64,000 bases of DNA from an uncultured Verrucomicrobiae bacterium (GCA_963788655.1 CAWBHS010000038.1:96001-160000), one strand, 5' to 3'. Counted from the stretch's first letter, positions 1 to 10,977 are shown. Numbers and translations: made by a program. Notes: a model not told the origin generated them from the letters alone.

Positions 1-254
1 CCTGGGACTGGGTGAAGCAACCGGTGCGAGCGTGCAAAAACCGCAACCATAGCCGCGCATGATTTGGCTTCAACCATTTCTTTAAGGCGGGGATCGCGCC
101 CGCCTCGGGCGTCGCCAACCGCCCCCCCTGCCGGTTGGCCCCGGAGCATGGAGGCGAACGAACGTTTGCTTCACTTCAGAAGAAAGCTGCTCGGCGATCC
201 TGCTCGGAGCGCGGATGCCTACATCCGCACGTTGCCTTCCGTGCCATCGCGCGG

Positions 255-1295
255 ATGAGGGCATCCGCGCTCCAATTGTGGTTGGCGGGGCGCCAACCAC
301 AGCGCCCGAGGCGGGCGCGCTCCCCGTGGGCAAGGGCGGGGTCGCAGCATTGGGTTGCCACTTTGGTTTTCTTGATCGCACTTTCCGTTTCGGTTCGCGC
401 GCAAACTGCGGACGCTCCCAACGCACCTGCACCACCCGCCGACGCCTGGATCACGAATGCGGTGCAATACCCGGCTCCATTTCAAAACACACAAGTTGCG
501 GCGAGTAGTTACCGCGACTTACACGCCGAAGTGTTGGTGGGGCAATTGAAGATTCTCTGCCCCGTAGCCGCCACGCCCGCGGGTGGTGGCTTGCGCCTCC
601 ACGCCAGTATTGATGCGCCCGGGCACTGGCGGGTGAGGGACTGGCGTACCTACCCCATGGTTCGTCACGGGCCACAGTGGGAAGTGGCTCTGCCCGTTTT
701 CGATCTCGATCTGCCGGTGGTTTATTTCGTGAGCGTGCCCGTGGCCAGGGGCGCGGTGCTTTCGTCCATGCGGATTTGCCATCCGCGCGGTTTGGGAATG
801 CGCGTTCCCACCCGGCTCTTCTGGTCGTTTCTCGAAGGTTTCGAAGAAGACTTGGACAGTTGGCGGGGGTTGTCGCCCGAGGCGCCGCCGCTGCACACTG
901 ATCCCGAGGCGCATACCGGCCACGCTGCCCTGGCGGTCGAGATCCCTTATGACAAGCATTCCGTGACGGTGGCCACCACCCGTTTGCGCGGATGGCATTT
1001 GTGGAAACTCAATTGCCGCGGCCTCCAAATGTGGTTGCGCGCGAAAGAAGGAACCGGGCGCGTCCGCCTGTCGCTGTTGGCGAACGCGTTCACGACGAAC
1101 CAGGTGATTTCCGTGTTGCCGCGTGAAATTCCCCTGAGCAACCAATGGGTCAACGTGAGCGTGCGCTTCTCGGAATTTCCCCCGTTGCCGCGTAGCACCG
1201 TGGATTTGCTCGCCATTGAATTCATTGCCCAAGGCCCCCGCGAATTCCTGATGGACGATCTCCGGTTGTTGGCAGGGGAAGAGGAGGGGCTTTGA
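255..1295 (+). CDS. Hypothetical exported protein; C-terminal half resembles a carbohydrate-binding (galactose-binding-like) module
   Basis: Long ORF (track 135..1295); hydrophobic segment LVFLIALSVSVRA; C-terminal pattern (FLEGFEED...GLQMWLRAK...EFLMDDLRLL) typical of CBM-like beta-sandwiches. Start uncertain. Confidence 0.55.
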   Translation: MRASALQLWLAGRQPQRPRRARSPWARAGSQHWVATLVFLIALSVSVRAQTADAPNAPAPPADAWITNAVQYPAPFQNTQVAASSYRDLHAEVLVGQLKILCPVAATPAGGGLRLHASIDAPGHWRVRDWRTYPMVRHGPQWEVALPVFDLDLPVVYFVSVPVARGAVLSSMRICHPRGLGMRVPTRLFWSFLEGFEEDLDSWRGLSPEAPPLHTDPEAHTGHAALAVEIPYDKHSVTVATTRLRGWHLWKLNCRGLQMWLRAKEGTGRVRLSLLANAFTTNQVISVLPREIPLSNQWVNVSVRFSEFPPLPRSTVDLLAIEFIAQGPREFLMDDLRLLAGEEEGL

Positions 1296-1321
1296 GGGGG
1301 CGATGCCGGATGCTGGATGCC

Positions 1322-1701
1322 AGCCCTGCTGCTCGGAGCGGCGCAATCGGGTTTCAATCGCCTGCACTAGTTCGTTGTTGGCCACCGGTTTGGTTAGATA
1401 ATCGTCGGCTCCGAGATTCATCCCGCTGCGCAGATCGTCCTTCTCACCTTTGGCCGTGAGAAAAATAAAGGGAATGCGGCGCGAGCGCCGCCTCGCTTTG
1501 CAGCGCCTGCAGCACGCCGTAACCGTCCAATTCCGGCATCATGACGTCGCACAGGATCAGATCGGGCTTCTGCCGGCGGGCCGCCTCGACTCCCCGGCGC
1601 CCGTTTTCGGCCGGGATGGGATCGTAATCGTGGTAGCGCAGGAGCGTGGTGATGTTCCGGCGCATTTCGGGTTCATCTTCAATCACCAATATCTTTTTCA
1701 T
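1322..1701 (-). pseudogene. Response regulator receiver domain, frameshifted (~1480), no output domain
   Basis: MKKILVIEDE...PDLILCDVMMPELDG, continuing in another frame as MNLGADDYLTKPV; the sequence then runs into a heptamer repeat. Confidence 0.75.
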
Positions 1702-2430
1702 GTTTCACTCCAAAGACGGGAAGTCTGACGGTCACGGTGGTGCCCTCGCCAATCTTACTGTTGACCTGCACGTTTCCGTCTTCGCCGTTCGGAGCGCAGG
1801 CCAACCAGTCGAATCGAGCACTGCCACGGATCAGGCATTCTTCGACATACTGGCGGCCCAGGACGGCTGAACTTTCTCCATTGGGCTGCACGGGGGGCGC
1901 CAGATCGCTCGGATGTTGGCCCAGCAATTCCGCCGCGCTCTGGCGGCGCATAATCCGCACCGCGGCCGGATTGACCTCCAGGAGTTCCTTCTCATCATGC
2001 AGAACCACGCCATGGCTTGAACCTTCGAACAGGACGCGAAACTTCGCTTCGGATTCACGCAGGGTTCGTTCCGCCCGTTTGCGCTCGGTATTGTCAATGA
2101 TGCTGGCGCGAATCAGGTTTTGCCTCCGCCGCCGGCAGGCGCATGAGCCGGACCTCGGTGGGAATCAGGCGGCCACTCGGACGTTGCTGATGGGTCCATT
2201 CAAAAACCGGCATCGCTCCCGCCAAGGCTTCGTCCATCCATTCGCGGGCCAGATCGTTGGAGCGCCGTCCGCCCGGTTGAAATTCGGGGCTGACATCCGC
2301 AGGAGTCAGCTCGGTCAGTTTTTCCATCGGCACGCCGTAAAGACGAAAGGCGTGCTCGTTGCCGAAAAGAAATCGGCCGGGATTCCCGTCGAAAACAACA
2401 ATGGCGTCCGGCGCATGCTCGACAAGCGGG
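1679..2430 (-). pseudogene. PAS-domain sensor histidine kinase remnant with internal deletion
   Basis: Two PAS fragments (LVEHAPDAIVVFDG...; LLEVNPAAVRIM...) joined directly to the HATPase C-terminal tip VQVNSKIGEGTTVTVRLP; no HisKA/H-box or N/G1 boxes. Confidence 0.7.
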
Positions 2431-2616
2431 GAACGATGGGCCTCCGCATCGAGGAAGAAGACACCGCCGAGCGGGTTGTTCACGAAATTCAACGCCTCCC
2501 AGTCCGTGAGATAGCTCGAGCCATAAACGGTGTAAACGCCGGGCGGTCCGGTGATACCGAATCGAAACGCGCCGATGGGCTGCTATCGCGGAAAGGTGAG
2601 TTGGACGGTTAACGGA

Positions 2617-2765
2617 TACCGCGCATTGCGGCAAACTCCGCCGGCGAACCTGGTGTTCATTCCGGCTAACACCTTCACCATGGGCAGTCCGACGAACGAG
2701 TTGCACCGCATGATCAACGAAGGACCGCAAACCACAGTGACGTTGCCCCATGGATTTTGGATTGG
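2617..2765 (+). pseudogene. Fragment of formylglycine-generating-enzyme (SUMF1/EgtB/PvdO) family gene
   Basis: NLVFIPANTFTMGSPTNE...EGPQTTVTLPHGFWIG is the typical N-terminal FGE-domain motif; similarity stops afterwards. Confidence 0.7.
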
Positions 2766-2824
2766 GCTACCAGCGTTTTCCTCACTCGGCTTGATTCTTT
2801 CCTTGGTAACGCTAGTCTTACCGC

Positions 2825-3081
2825 ATGATTGCGAAAGTTTCAGTGAAGGGACAGACGGTGATTCCCGAAGCCATCCGCGAGCAGGCGCGGATCAAAGCCG
2901 GCGACCAACTGGACGTTGGTTACGCCAATGGTTTGATTGTCATGCGCAAGCGCAAGGCACTGACGCCCGGCGCGCGTCCGCTCATTGATTCTGGCGGGAC
3001 GGGAATTGCCGGAAATGACTTCTGCCGATGAAGCTGCCGTTGACTCAGGCCATTGAACGCGTCCGCAGCCGGCGCAAGTAA
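2825..3081 (+). CDS. AbrB/MazE/SpoVT-family antitoxin (one frameshift near 2975)
   Basis: AKVSVKGQTVIPEAIREQARIKAGDQL swapped-hairpin signature; likely true stop TAA 3079-3081 abuts the ATG of the PIN gene. Confidence 0.75.
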
Positions 3082-3505
3082 ATGAGGGTCGTTTTCGACA
3101 CGAACGTCGTTGCCAGCGCGAGCTTTTGGCGGGGCAAAGCCCTTTGATTGCCTGACAGCCTGGGCGCAAGGCAAGTGCGAAGCGGTCGTCAGTCCGGCAA
3201 CGCTCGCCGAATATCACGAGACGATTGAAGAACTCTCCCTTCGATATGCCGACCGAAAGCCGGTTGAATGGGCGGATGCGTTGGGCGAATCTGCGCTGCT
3301 TGTTTTTCCCACCGACCGCGCGACCGGCGCAACTCCCGACCCCGACGACGAAATGATTCTGGAATGTGCGTTGGCCGGGGAAGTGGATTATATCGTGACC
3401 GGAGACAAGAAGCATTTGCAGGCATTGCAAGGAATTCCAGGAAATTCAAATTGTGAGTCCCGCGGAGTTCCTGCGTTTGCTGCCGGACAAATGAGTCCAC
3501 TGTAA
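3082..3505 (+). CDS. PIN-domain toxin (frameshifts near 3138 and 3430)
   Basis: MRVVFDTNVV start, then DPDDEMILECALAGEVDYIVTGDKKHL PIN motifs. Confidence 0.8.
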
Positions 3506-3956
3506 GTCCACTCGTTGGCCAACCGGGCGGCGTTTTTTTCGCAGGCTGCGTTGGCCCGGTGGTCGCAGCCCGCTGCGGGGATGCTCCCGCCGCGCCGCCT
3601 TTCCTGCCCCCCAAGTTCTTCGCCGCAGCACCCCTTGCGATTTTCAGCCAGGCGCTAACTGGAGTGAGACTGAACCGGACGGAGTCAGGGTGCTTCTGTA
3701 TGGCCAGTGTTAGCACCCGGTCATCGCGCATGGCCTTCAACAGAAACCGCCGTTGGGTGATGATCCGTTTTTCGTCCACGCATACGGTTCTCACGGTTGC
3801 AGAGGTTCCGCCGCGTTCTTCCCTGGATTGTGCTGCGGCTGGTCATTTAGACCCAGCCGCGCTCCAAGACCTGCTCCTTCGTCCCATTGTGCCGGCCCGG
3901 CTGCCGGTGCAAACTGGCAGTTGGAATTTTTAAGATGTTGATGATCCCAACGAACG

Positions 3957-4562
3957 ATGAACTCAACCGATCCATTTGAAATGCTGGTGAGCGAGCACTA
4001 CGAGGCGCTTTACCGGTTTGCCCTCGGCCTGACGCGCGCGGAAGCGGACGCGCGGGACTTGACCCAACACACGCTCTACATCTGGGCGACGAAAGGTCAT
4101 CAACTGCGGGATCCTGCCAAAGTCAGGACGTGGTTGCACACAACTCTGCATCACGCTTTCCTCCGTGGTCGTCGCCGGCAGAGCCAATTTCCCCAGCAGG
4201 AATTGGATGGGGCCATCGAGCAACTGCCGGACGCCGCTCCGGTTCTGGCCGATCGATTGGATGCGTTGCAGGTGTTGCCGGCGCTCGCCCAGGTGGACGA
4301 GATCTATCAAGCGCCCGTAGCACTTTTCTACTTGGAAGACTACGCCTACGGAGACATCGCGGAGATTCTCGACGTGCCCGTCGGCACGGTCAAGTCGCGC
4401 ATCGCGCGCGGCATCGCCCAGCTTCGCGACATTCTGTTGTCGGACGATGCACGCGTTTCGACTCCGTTGAACTTGGATACGGAGAGTGGGGCTTTAGTGC
4501 CAGAGCCTTCGTGGAACAAGTTAACGCTTGAAGGATCACATTTGTGCCACGGTCGCGTTTGA
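3957..4562 (+). CDS. ECF RNA polymerase sigma-70 factor
   Basis: Region 2 (LYRFALGLTRAEADARDLTQ...WL) and region 4 (YGDIAEILDVPVGTVKSRIARG). Confidence 0.9.
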   Translation: MNSTDPFEMLVSEHYEALYRFALGLTRAEADARDLTQHTLYIWATKGHQLRDPAKVRTWLHTTLHHAFLRGRRRQSQFPQQELDGAIEQLPDAAPVLADRLDALQVLPALAQVDEIYQAPVALFYLEDYAYGDIAEILDVPVGTVKSRIARGIAQLRDILLSDDARVSTPLNLDTESGALVPEPSWNKLTLEGSHLCHGRV

Positions 4563-4598
4563 CTGCGGCATTAACTCAACAATGAAAGGGAATACTCC

Positions 4599-5982
4599 TA
4601 TGAATTCTACCATGAATACCACCGAAACACTCAAACAGCGCCTCAACGGAACGGTCCTCCTCCCGGGGGATTCCGCTTACGATGAAGCCCGCTCGATCTG
4701 GAACGGCATGATTGACCGCAAGCCGGCCGTGATCGTGCGTTGCCGCACGGAGGCTGATGTAATGCACGCCGTCGCGTTCGCTCGCGAAAACCAGTTCATC
4801 GTCTCCATCCGCGGTGGGGGCCACAATATCGCCGGCCACGCCGTGTGCGACGGCGGGGTGATGATTGACCTTTCCCAGATGAAGAAAGTTTGGATCGACG
4901 CGCCGGCCCGTCGCGCCCGAGTCCAACCGGGGGCAACCTTGCACGCTTTCGACCGCGCCGCCCAGGTCCACGGACTGGCCACGCCGCTGGGAATCAATTC
5001 CACGACCGGAGTCGCCGGGCTGACCCTGGGGGGAGGCATCGGTTGGTTGAGCCGAAAACATGGGCTCACTTCGGACAACCTCTTGTCCGCCCGCGTCGTC
5101 ACGGCTGAGGCGAAAGCGCTGCCCGCCAGTGCCACGTCGCACGCGGATTTGTTATGGGCCCTGCGCGGTGGTGGCGGCAACTTTGGCGTGGTCACAGAAT
5201 TCGAATTCGCTCTGCATCCCATCGGGCCGGACGTTCTGAGCGGCCTGCTGGTGTTCCCGCTTTCCGAAGCCGGCCCGGCGCTGCGCAAATACCGGAACTT
5301 CGTCGCCACCGCTCCGGACGAACTAAGCGTTTGGGTGGTGCTGCGCGCGGCTCCGCCGCTCCCATTTCTTCCGCCGGAGGTGCATGGCCGGACTGTCCTT
5401 ATTCTGGCTTTGTGTCATCTGAGCCCCGAGGAGAGCGGTCGCAAGCTCGTCGCGCCGCTTGAGCAATTTGGGACGCTGCTGGGCCAGCACGTCGGGATGC
5501 AGCCCTTCACCGCCTGGCAGCAGGCGTTTGATCCGTTGCTCACCCCGGGCGCGCGCAATTACTGGAAGACGCACAACTTCTTCGAGCTAAAGGACGGGCT
5601 GCTCGACACGATCGTGAAGTGCGCCACGGGAATCCCGTCGCCGCACTCCGAGCTTTTCGTGGGGCAACTCGGCGGGCAGGCCTCGCGCGTGGCCGCGGAC
5701 GCGACTGCCTTTGGCAACCGGGAGGCCAATTTCGTAATGAACGTGCATGGCCGCTGGGATACGCCCGCCGAAGACCAAGCGGGCATTGCCTGGGCGAGGG
5801 AGGTTTATCGCGCGACCCGGCCGTACGCGACCGGCGGAGCGTACGCCAACTTTCTCACGGCCGAGGAAAGGGATCGGGTGAAGTCGGCCTTTGGCCCCAA
5901 CTATCCGCGCCTCGCCCAGGTCAAAAAGAGTTACGATCCGGAGAATTTCTTCCGGTTCAATCAAAACATCCGGCCCGGCTGA
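4599..5982 (+). CDS. FAD-binding oxidoreductase, VAO/berberine-bridge-enzyme family
   Basis: IRGGGHN FAD motif, GLTLGGGIGWL, LRGGGGNFGVVT, C-terminal YANF...YPRLAQVKKSYDPENFF BBE domain. Start could be 4581. Confidence 0.92.
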
Positions 5983-6072
5983 AGCCAGCATTCTTGGCAT
6001 CATGAAGACCACACCTCGCCGCAGCCGCCGTTCTCCACGCCGGCTCCGGCGAGCGCTTTGCTTTCGGTGGGT

Positions 6073-6204
6073 TATTCCGGCAAAGACATCGCCACAATTC
6101 TCGGCGTGCCGGTGGGCACCGTCAAATCGCGTATCACCCGAGGGATCGCGCAACTCAGGGGAATGCTGCTGTCGGGCGGCCCAACCGGAGGCTCCCTGCC
6201 GTGA
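6073..6204 (+). pseudogene. Remnant of a second ECF sigma factor (region 4 only)
   Basis: Translates YSGKDIATILGVPVGTVKSRITRGIAQLRGMLLS, closely matching the C-terminal part of the 3957..4562 sigma; no start or region 2. Confidence 0.75.
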
Positions 6205-6524
6205 GGCGCCATGGGCTGCCGGGAATGTTGTGCTCTGCGCTCATCACTGGGATTCAACCCGCCAGTTTCGCCCGAGGCAACTCGTGCCCCTACCTTTATT
6301 TGAGCATCTGAAATCAGAAGGTGGACTCGCTGGTTTGGCCACCCGCGATCCGCTAATTAAACTGGGCGTAACTGTGGAAGGCGCGTCCGACACTCCGCCA
6401 CATCACAGAGTGTGGCGATACTTCGCCGTTTTCGAATCGCGCAATTGCTCAACACCAACGATCCCGGCTGACGACTCAGTCATGCTGCCGGTGCGGTTCA
6501 GGCGATCCCAAGCAGCTTGCCCAT

Positions 6525-6570
6525 AAAAACTGCCGGCCCTTCTCCCCCCAACGGGAAAAGGGCCAGCCGG
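6525..6570 (-). terminator. Probable intrinsic terminator downstream of the Gfo/Idh/MocA gene
   Basis: GGCCCTTCTCCC/GGGAAAAGGGCC hairpin preceded by an A-run on the + strand. Confidence 0.5.
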
Positions 6571-6637
6571 ATAAGATCGACATCAGCGACGGAACTACAG
6601 CCCCGCGGGTATAACGTTCGAAAGCACCGTCAAACGC

Positions 6638-8050
6638 TTAGTATTCCGAGTGTTTCTTGATCCCGGGTTCCGGGATGGGATAGAAACCATTGGCGTCCGC
6701 CAGCAACGGCGCCGGCGAATCCATGGTCAGCTTGTCCACGCCCGGAGCGTATTCCTGGTCGGAGTTGAGGAACTCGTCAAGCGTGATTTCCTGGCCGGTG
6801 TGGGCGGCCTTCCGGCCCAGCGAACTGGTCGCGGTCGCCATGACGCCGCGCTCCACTTCGTTGTACGGCTTGTCGTCGCGGATGGCGTCCATCAGGTCGT
6901 TCCATTCGTTCTGGTAAGGATTGCGCTCGTCGGCGGGCACGCTTGGACTCCCAGGTCATCGCGGTCCCGCTGCAAGCTCTGGTCTTTGAACATCCTCGAG
7001 GGCGAGCCCGCAGTCGCCAGTACTTCGAGACGATCGCCGAGCCTTTGGTGCCGTGCGCGTAGCTGGAGTAAATGTCGTTGCAGCCCGTCATGCAGCGGCC
7101 GTCCATGAATGAACTTGCGCGCCGTCGGCGAACGTGTATTCCACCGAGTAGGTGTCGAAGTTCTGATCGACGTAAGGGTGCGCCATTGGGGCTCGTCTTG
7201 TAGTGGCGGCCGCCGAGAGCCTGGGCCTTGACCGGCCAGGCGTTCTTCATCCAGCAGCAGATGGTCGATGAGGTGGATGTAGAAGTCGTTGAAGCACCCG
7301 CCGCTGGCCCAGATGAAGCTGTGGAAGCGCCGAATCTGCCAGAGCAACTCGCTCGGGTTGCCGGGCCACTTTGTCCGAGAAGGCCGAAGCCCACCGGTCC
7401 GTGCATCCGGTAGCCGCGCATCAGAATGATGTCGCCGATTTCGCCATCGTGGATGCGCTTGGCCAGTTCCTGGAGCGCCCGGCTGTGGCGGGACATCAGG
7501 CCCACGCCCACCTTGAGATTCTTCGCCGATGGCCTGTTTGGCGAGATCGATCATGCGGCGGGAGGTCGGGCCGTCGGCCGTGAGCGGCTTCTCCATGAAG
7601 ACGTTCAGCCCCTTCTTGATGGCGTAGGTGAAAGTGCACCCAGCGAAACGCCAGCGGCGTGGTGAAGATGGCGATGTCGCCCGGCTTCAGGCAATCCATC
7701 GGCTTCTGGTAGCCGTCGAAGCCGATGAACTGGCGTTCGTCCGGCACGTCCACCTGGTCGCCAACCGGATTGCGTTTCAGGTTGCTGTAGCTGCCGTCCA
7801 GGCGGTCCTGGAAGACGTCGGCCATGGCGACCAGCTTGACCGGGCCGCGTTTGACCGACATGGCGTTGGCGGCCGCGCCGGTGCCGCGGCCGCCGCAGCC
7901 GATCAGGGCCACCTGGATGGTGTTGTCTTCGGCGGCATGGACGGCCGGCAGAGCCACCCCTGCCAGGGCGGAAGCGGCGGCCAGGCGACCGGTGTTTTTC
8001 AAGAAATCACGACGAGAGGTAGTGTTAGTATTGTTTGAAGATGCGTTCAT
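6638..8050 (-). CDS. Tat-exported Gfo/Idh/MocA-family oxidoreductase (multiple frameshifts)
   Basis: SRRDFLK Tat motif, ALIGCGGRGTGAA Rossmann motif, MEKP motif; pieces lie in at least four ORF-track frames. Confidence 0.85.
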
Positions 8051-8212
8051 AGTTGTATGTTGCTGACGCTTGCAAAGCGTTGTCAATTCAAGAAATGAAC
8101 CGTAAGGCAAGCCGGAAGCGGATGCAAGAACGCGGTTAGAACCGACCGTTGAAATCCACCGTTGAAATCCAACTTTACAAGTCGCGGCCGCCTGTGTCAC
8201 TCTCACCCCACT

Positions 8213-8596
8213 ATGCGAACGATGATCAAATTGTTGCCGCTACTCTTGCTGGCCTCTCTGGGGACAGGATGTGTGACGTCCCACATTACCAACCTGACTC
8301 CCTCGATGCTGCCGCGCAATCAGTCGGGGCAATACTTGGTTGAAATGGCGATTGATAGCCGCCAGAAAACGCTGATCGAGTCCTCGATTACGCCTTACGT
8401 GGTCGTGGGCTTTGACAAATACCGGATGGTGCGCACCCCGGCGGTGCCCAACCGTTGGGAAACCTACGTTCCCGTGCCGGCGGACCGGGATACGGTGAAT
8501 TACTATTTCAAGGTGCTTTACGAGTACCAGAAGTTTAACAGCCGCGGGGAGGGCAGCCGACTGTCGCCGGAATATAAACTGAAAATCACGGAGTAA
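8213..8596 (+). CDS. Hypothetical lipoprotein
   Basis: Signal with lipobox (LLLASLGTGC), plausible globular sequence, followed by a hairpin. Confidence 0.7.
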   Translation: MRTMIKLLPLLLLASLGTGCVTSHITNLTPSMLPRNQSGQYLVEMAIDSRQKTLIESSITPYVVVGFDKYRMVRTPAVPNRWETYVPVPADRDTVNYYFKVLYEYQKFNSRGEGSRLSPEYKLKITE

Positions 8597-8643
8597 TTCG
8601 GATGGCGGATTCTCGCCGCGTTAGCTTTCCAATTTCGTTTTCG

Positions 8644-8676
8644 CGAAGAAGCCTTGTGGGTCGCAAGGCTTCTTCG
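8644..8676. terminator. Hairpin between convergent genes
   Basis: CGAAGAAGCCTTGTG-ggt-CGCAAGGCTTCTTCG, a 15-bp stem with T-rich flanks. Confidence 0.55.
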
Positions 8677-8810
8677 TTTAACCGACAGCGGTAACGGCCC
8701 GTCTGCAAAAGGGTGGGCGAATAAGTCGGAGAAGGTATGCTCCCTCGGCAATTTCAAGAACCGAGAGTGCGTTGGGGCGACTCCAGGGAGTTGGGGAGGA
8801 AATCAATGTC

Positions 8811-9722
8811 TCAGAACTTGGGAACAGGCAACTGGGCTGGCGGGACTCGCTGCCGTTCCGGCGGCAACAGCCGAGAGCTGTTGTATGTGAACGTGTCCAG
8901 GACCAAGCGGCCACCGCGGGTAACAAAGCCAAAGCTGGTGTCGTAGAGAGCGTTGTCCGGCTGGTCGAGACCGGAGGGCCGAAAGGTAACCATGTATCCG
9001 CCCGCGACGCTGCTGGCGCGTTGTGTGGTTGTCGAAACCTCCGTGAAATACCGGGCATTGTTGCCGAGGTCAATCAGGATTGCGCGGGCCAAGTTGCGGG
9101 CCGTATCTTCCACGACAGGTTCCGAGCGCGACCGAACCTCGACCGCTGATTGCGGTTCCAAACCGCCACGAACGAATCCTTCCATCACGCCTTGAATCGA
9201 CGGACCGGTCATGGGGAAGAACGAGACGACATTTGTCAGGCCAGCGATAATGCCCATTTCTCGCGTCTGGTTGAATCGCATGAAGTAGTCGCGGCCATTG
9301 TCGCCCTGGAGCCTGAGGTCCCAGATATTCCCTGGTTTTGGGTCGTGGAGGCTGACGAAGTTCTCCGGCCCGATGATTGGGGTATCGAAACGGGATACGC
9401 CGTGCTGGCTCAAGACCGCAACAAAGTTGCTCACGCCGGGAACGACGACCCGATCGAACTGCCGAACCTGATTCGAGGTGAGCGCTGAGAAGTTTGTGAT
9501 GCCAATGATTTTCGCTCGCACGGCGTCGTCAAGCTTCGGCCGTCCAGCCGCAGGTGCGAAAACAGCATTGGACACCTCGACTTGCGATCGATCAGGCTGC
9601 GAAGCTGCGGAAGGTATCTTCCGTGGCGTTTGCGGCGGTAGCATGAAGAAAAGCAGAGCCGCCAGAAGGAGCATGATTAAGACTCCAATCCAGACCGTTG
9701 TGCGTATTCCTGCCCCTTTCAT
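8811..9722 (-). CDS. Hypothetical protein with N-terminal membrane anchor
   Basis: ORF with VWIGVLIMLLLAALLFFML helix; no family recognised. Confidence 0.6.
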   Translation of the reverse strand: MKGAGIRTTVWIGVLIMLLLAALLFFMLPPQTPRKIPSAASQPDRSQVEVSNAVFAPAAGRPKLDDAVRAKIIGITNFSALTSNQVRQFDRVVVPGVSNFVAVLSQHGVSRFDTPIIGPENFVSLHDPKPGNIWDLRLQGDNGRDYFMRFNQTREMGIIAGLTNVVSFFPMTGPSIQGVMEGFVRGGLEPQSAVEVRSRSEPVVEDTARNLARAILIDLGNNARYFTEVSTTTQRASSVAGGYMVTFRPSGLDQPDNALYDTSFGFVTRGGRLVLDTFTYNSSRLLPPERQRVPPAQLPVPKF

Positions 9723-9724
9723 TG

Positions 9725-10459
9725 TCAACCGCTGGCCGCGCTTGCGCCATGTTTCCGCTCTAAAGCACCGCACCGCTCGAGGATGGCCTGCACTTTGCCC
9801 CGATAAACGAACACGACCAAATCAACCGAGTTCAGATTGGTGCTGGCCGAGAACAGGCCCACGTAGCCGCCGGAGTTCTCTTCAGTCAGGCCCAGCCCAC
9901 CGGGGCTGTTGCCGCCGTAGTGAAGCACGACACCGAGGTCTTTTCCTGGAACAACTCCACCCTGACTGGAGGGGTAGCCAAGTGCCTGCGCAATATGTCG
10001 AATCCGATTGCCTGAGAGGCGCAATTCATTCGTCGGGTCTGAAATCCTCGAGTTAAGAAACTCAACATTGCCCAGTTGTTTGGCCGCCCGCAACTGCGCT
10101 GACGGCTCAATTTGCCCAGTTGTGGCGAGCCGTTCCTGCAGTTTGGCCACAGCCTGCTGATTTCGCGAATCGTTCACCTCCATCGACAACAGATTGACGG
10201 CGCCGGACGAGCGCACTTCGAGTGCGGCGGTGAACCCGTTGCGACGCACCACCCAGACGGTCCCGTCAATCGAAGCGTAGGTGCAAACCACATCGTCCGG
10301 TCGAAGTGGACGCCCGACCTCGACCGGACTTGCGTTTGTGGCCTCCAACGCACTAAGCACTCGCTCCAATTCGGGCGCTACTCGGTCCGTGAAGAGCATG
10401 GTTCGGTCTTCGGTCAGTCTCGGTCCGCCGCACCCGGCGGTAAGGAGGCTGACGGCCAC
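9725..10459 (-). CDS. Hypothetical lipoprotein
   Basis: Lipobox-like SLLTAGC; true start may be ~10508 across a frameshift. Confidence 0.55.
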   Translation of the reverse strand: MAVSLLTAGCGGPRLTEDRTMLFTDRVAPELERVLSALEATNASPVEVGRPLRPDDVVCTYASIDGTVWVVRRNGFTAALEVRSSGAVNLLSMEVNDSRNQQAVAKLQERLATTGQIEPSAQLRAAKQLGNVEFLNSRISDPTNELRLSGNRIRHIAQALGYPSSQGGVVPGKDLGVVLHYGGNSPGGLGLTEENSGGYVGLFSASTNLNSVDLVVFVYRGKVQAILERCGALERKHGASAASG

Positions 10460-10536
10460 GAACCGCTGCGGTGCGGCGATTTCGAATCAGAAATGCGTGA
10501 ACGTTCATGTGCTGGTGGCCGTCGATTTCCGTCTCA

Positions 10537-10977
10537 TCACCAGGAGAAGTCAATGGAGGAGAAATCGTTCGTGCGCAGTTGCGAGTCGTAAATGGTCCGG
10601 TAAGGCAGCCACGCAAAACCGAGCGTTTTCGGAGCGAGGGAACGAATGTAATTGGCGTCACCTTCCCAGGCGAAATCCAACGCAAAGGCGACGGAGTCCA
10701 CGATGGGAGCATTGGGTATTTGTAGGCTCGGGTGCGGCCAGTCGTACAGGAGTGCCTCAATGAACGTCGGCTGCGGGCTGACGGTGTTCTGAAAACCGAC
10801 GAAGACGGTCTTGTAGAGCCGGTTCAGCGTTTGGTCAACACCGACGGGGGTCTCCTGTGGTTCTGAGCCTGCGGCGAGAGGCTCCGCCGCTTGCGCTGCG
10901 GCTGAACCGACGAGAATGCCGGCGACGAACGCTGTGAACGCAGACGAACTGACTTTCCCAGTGATTCCTAGTTTCAT
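10537..10977 (-). CDS. Hypothetical secreted protein, possibly truncated
   Basis: Clear signal peptide (MKLGITGK...AAAQA), A-rich upstream region. Confidence 0.55.
   Translation of the reverse strand: MKLGITGKVSSSAFTAFVAGILVGSAAAQAAEPLAAGSEPQETPVGVDQTLNRLYKTVFVGFQNTVSPQPTFIEALLYDWPHPSLQIPNAPIVDSVAFALDFAWEGDANYIRSLAPKTLGFAWLPYRTIYDSQLRTNDFSSIDFSW

Noticed and set aside
3189..3794. 201-aa - strand ORF
   Set aside because: Largely antisense to the PIN gene; the 5' part (3650-3800) may be a gene scrap but no family was recognised.
8148..8173. Direct repeat GTTGAAATCCA x2 between divergent genes
   Set aside because: Only two short copies; could be a regulator site but there is no supporting evidence.
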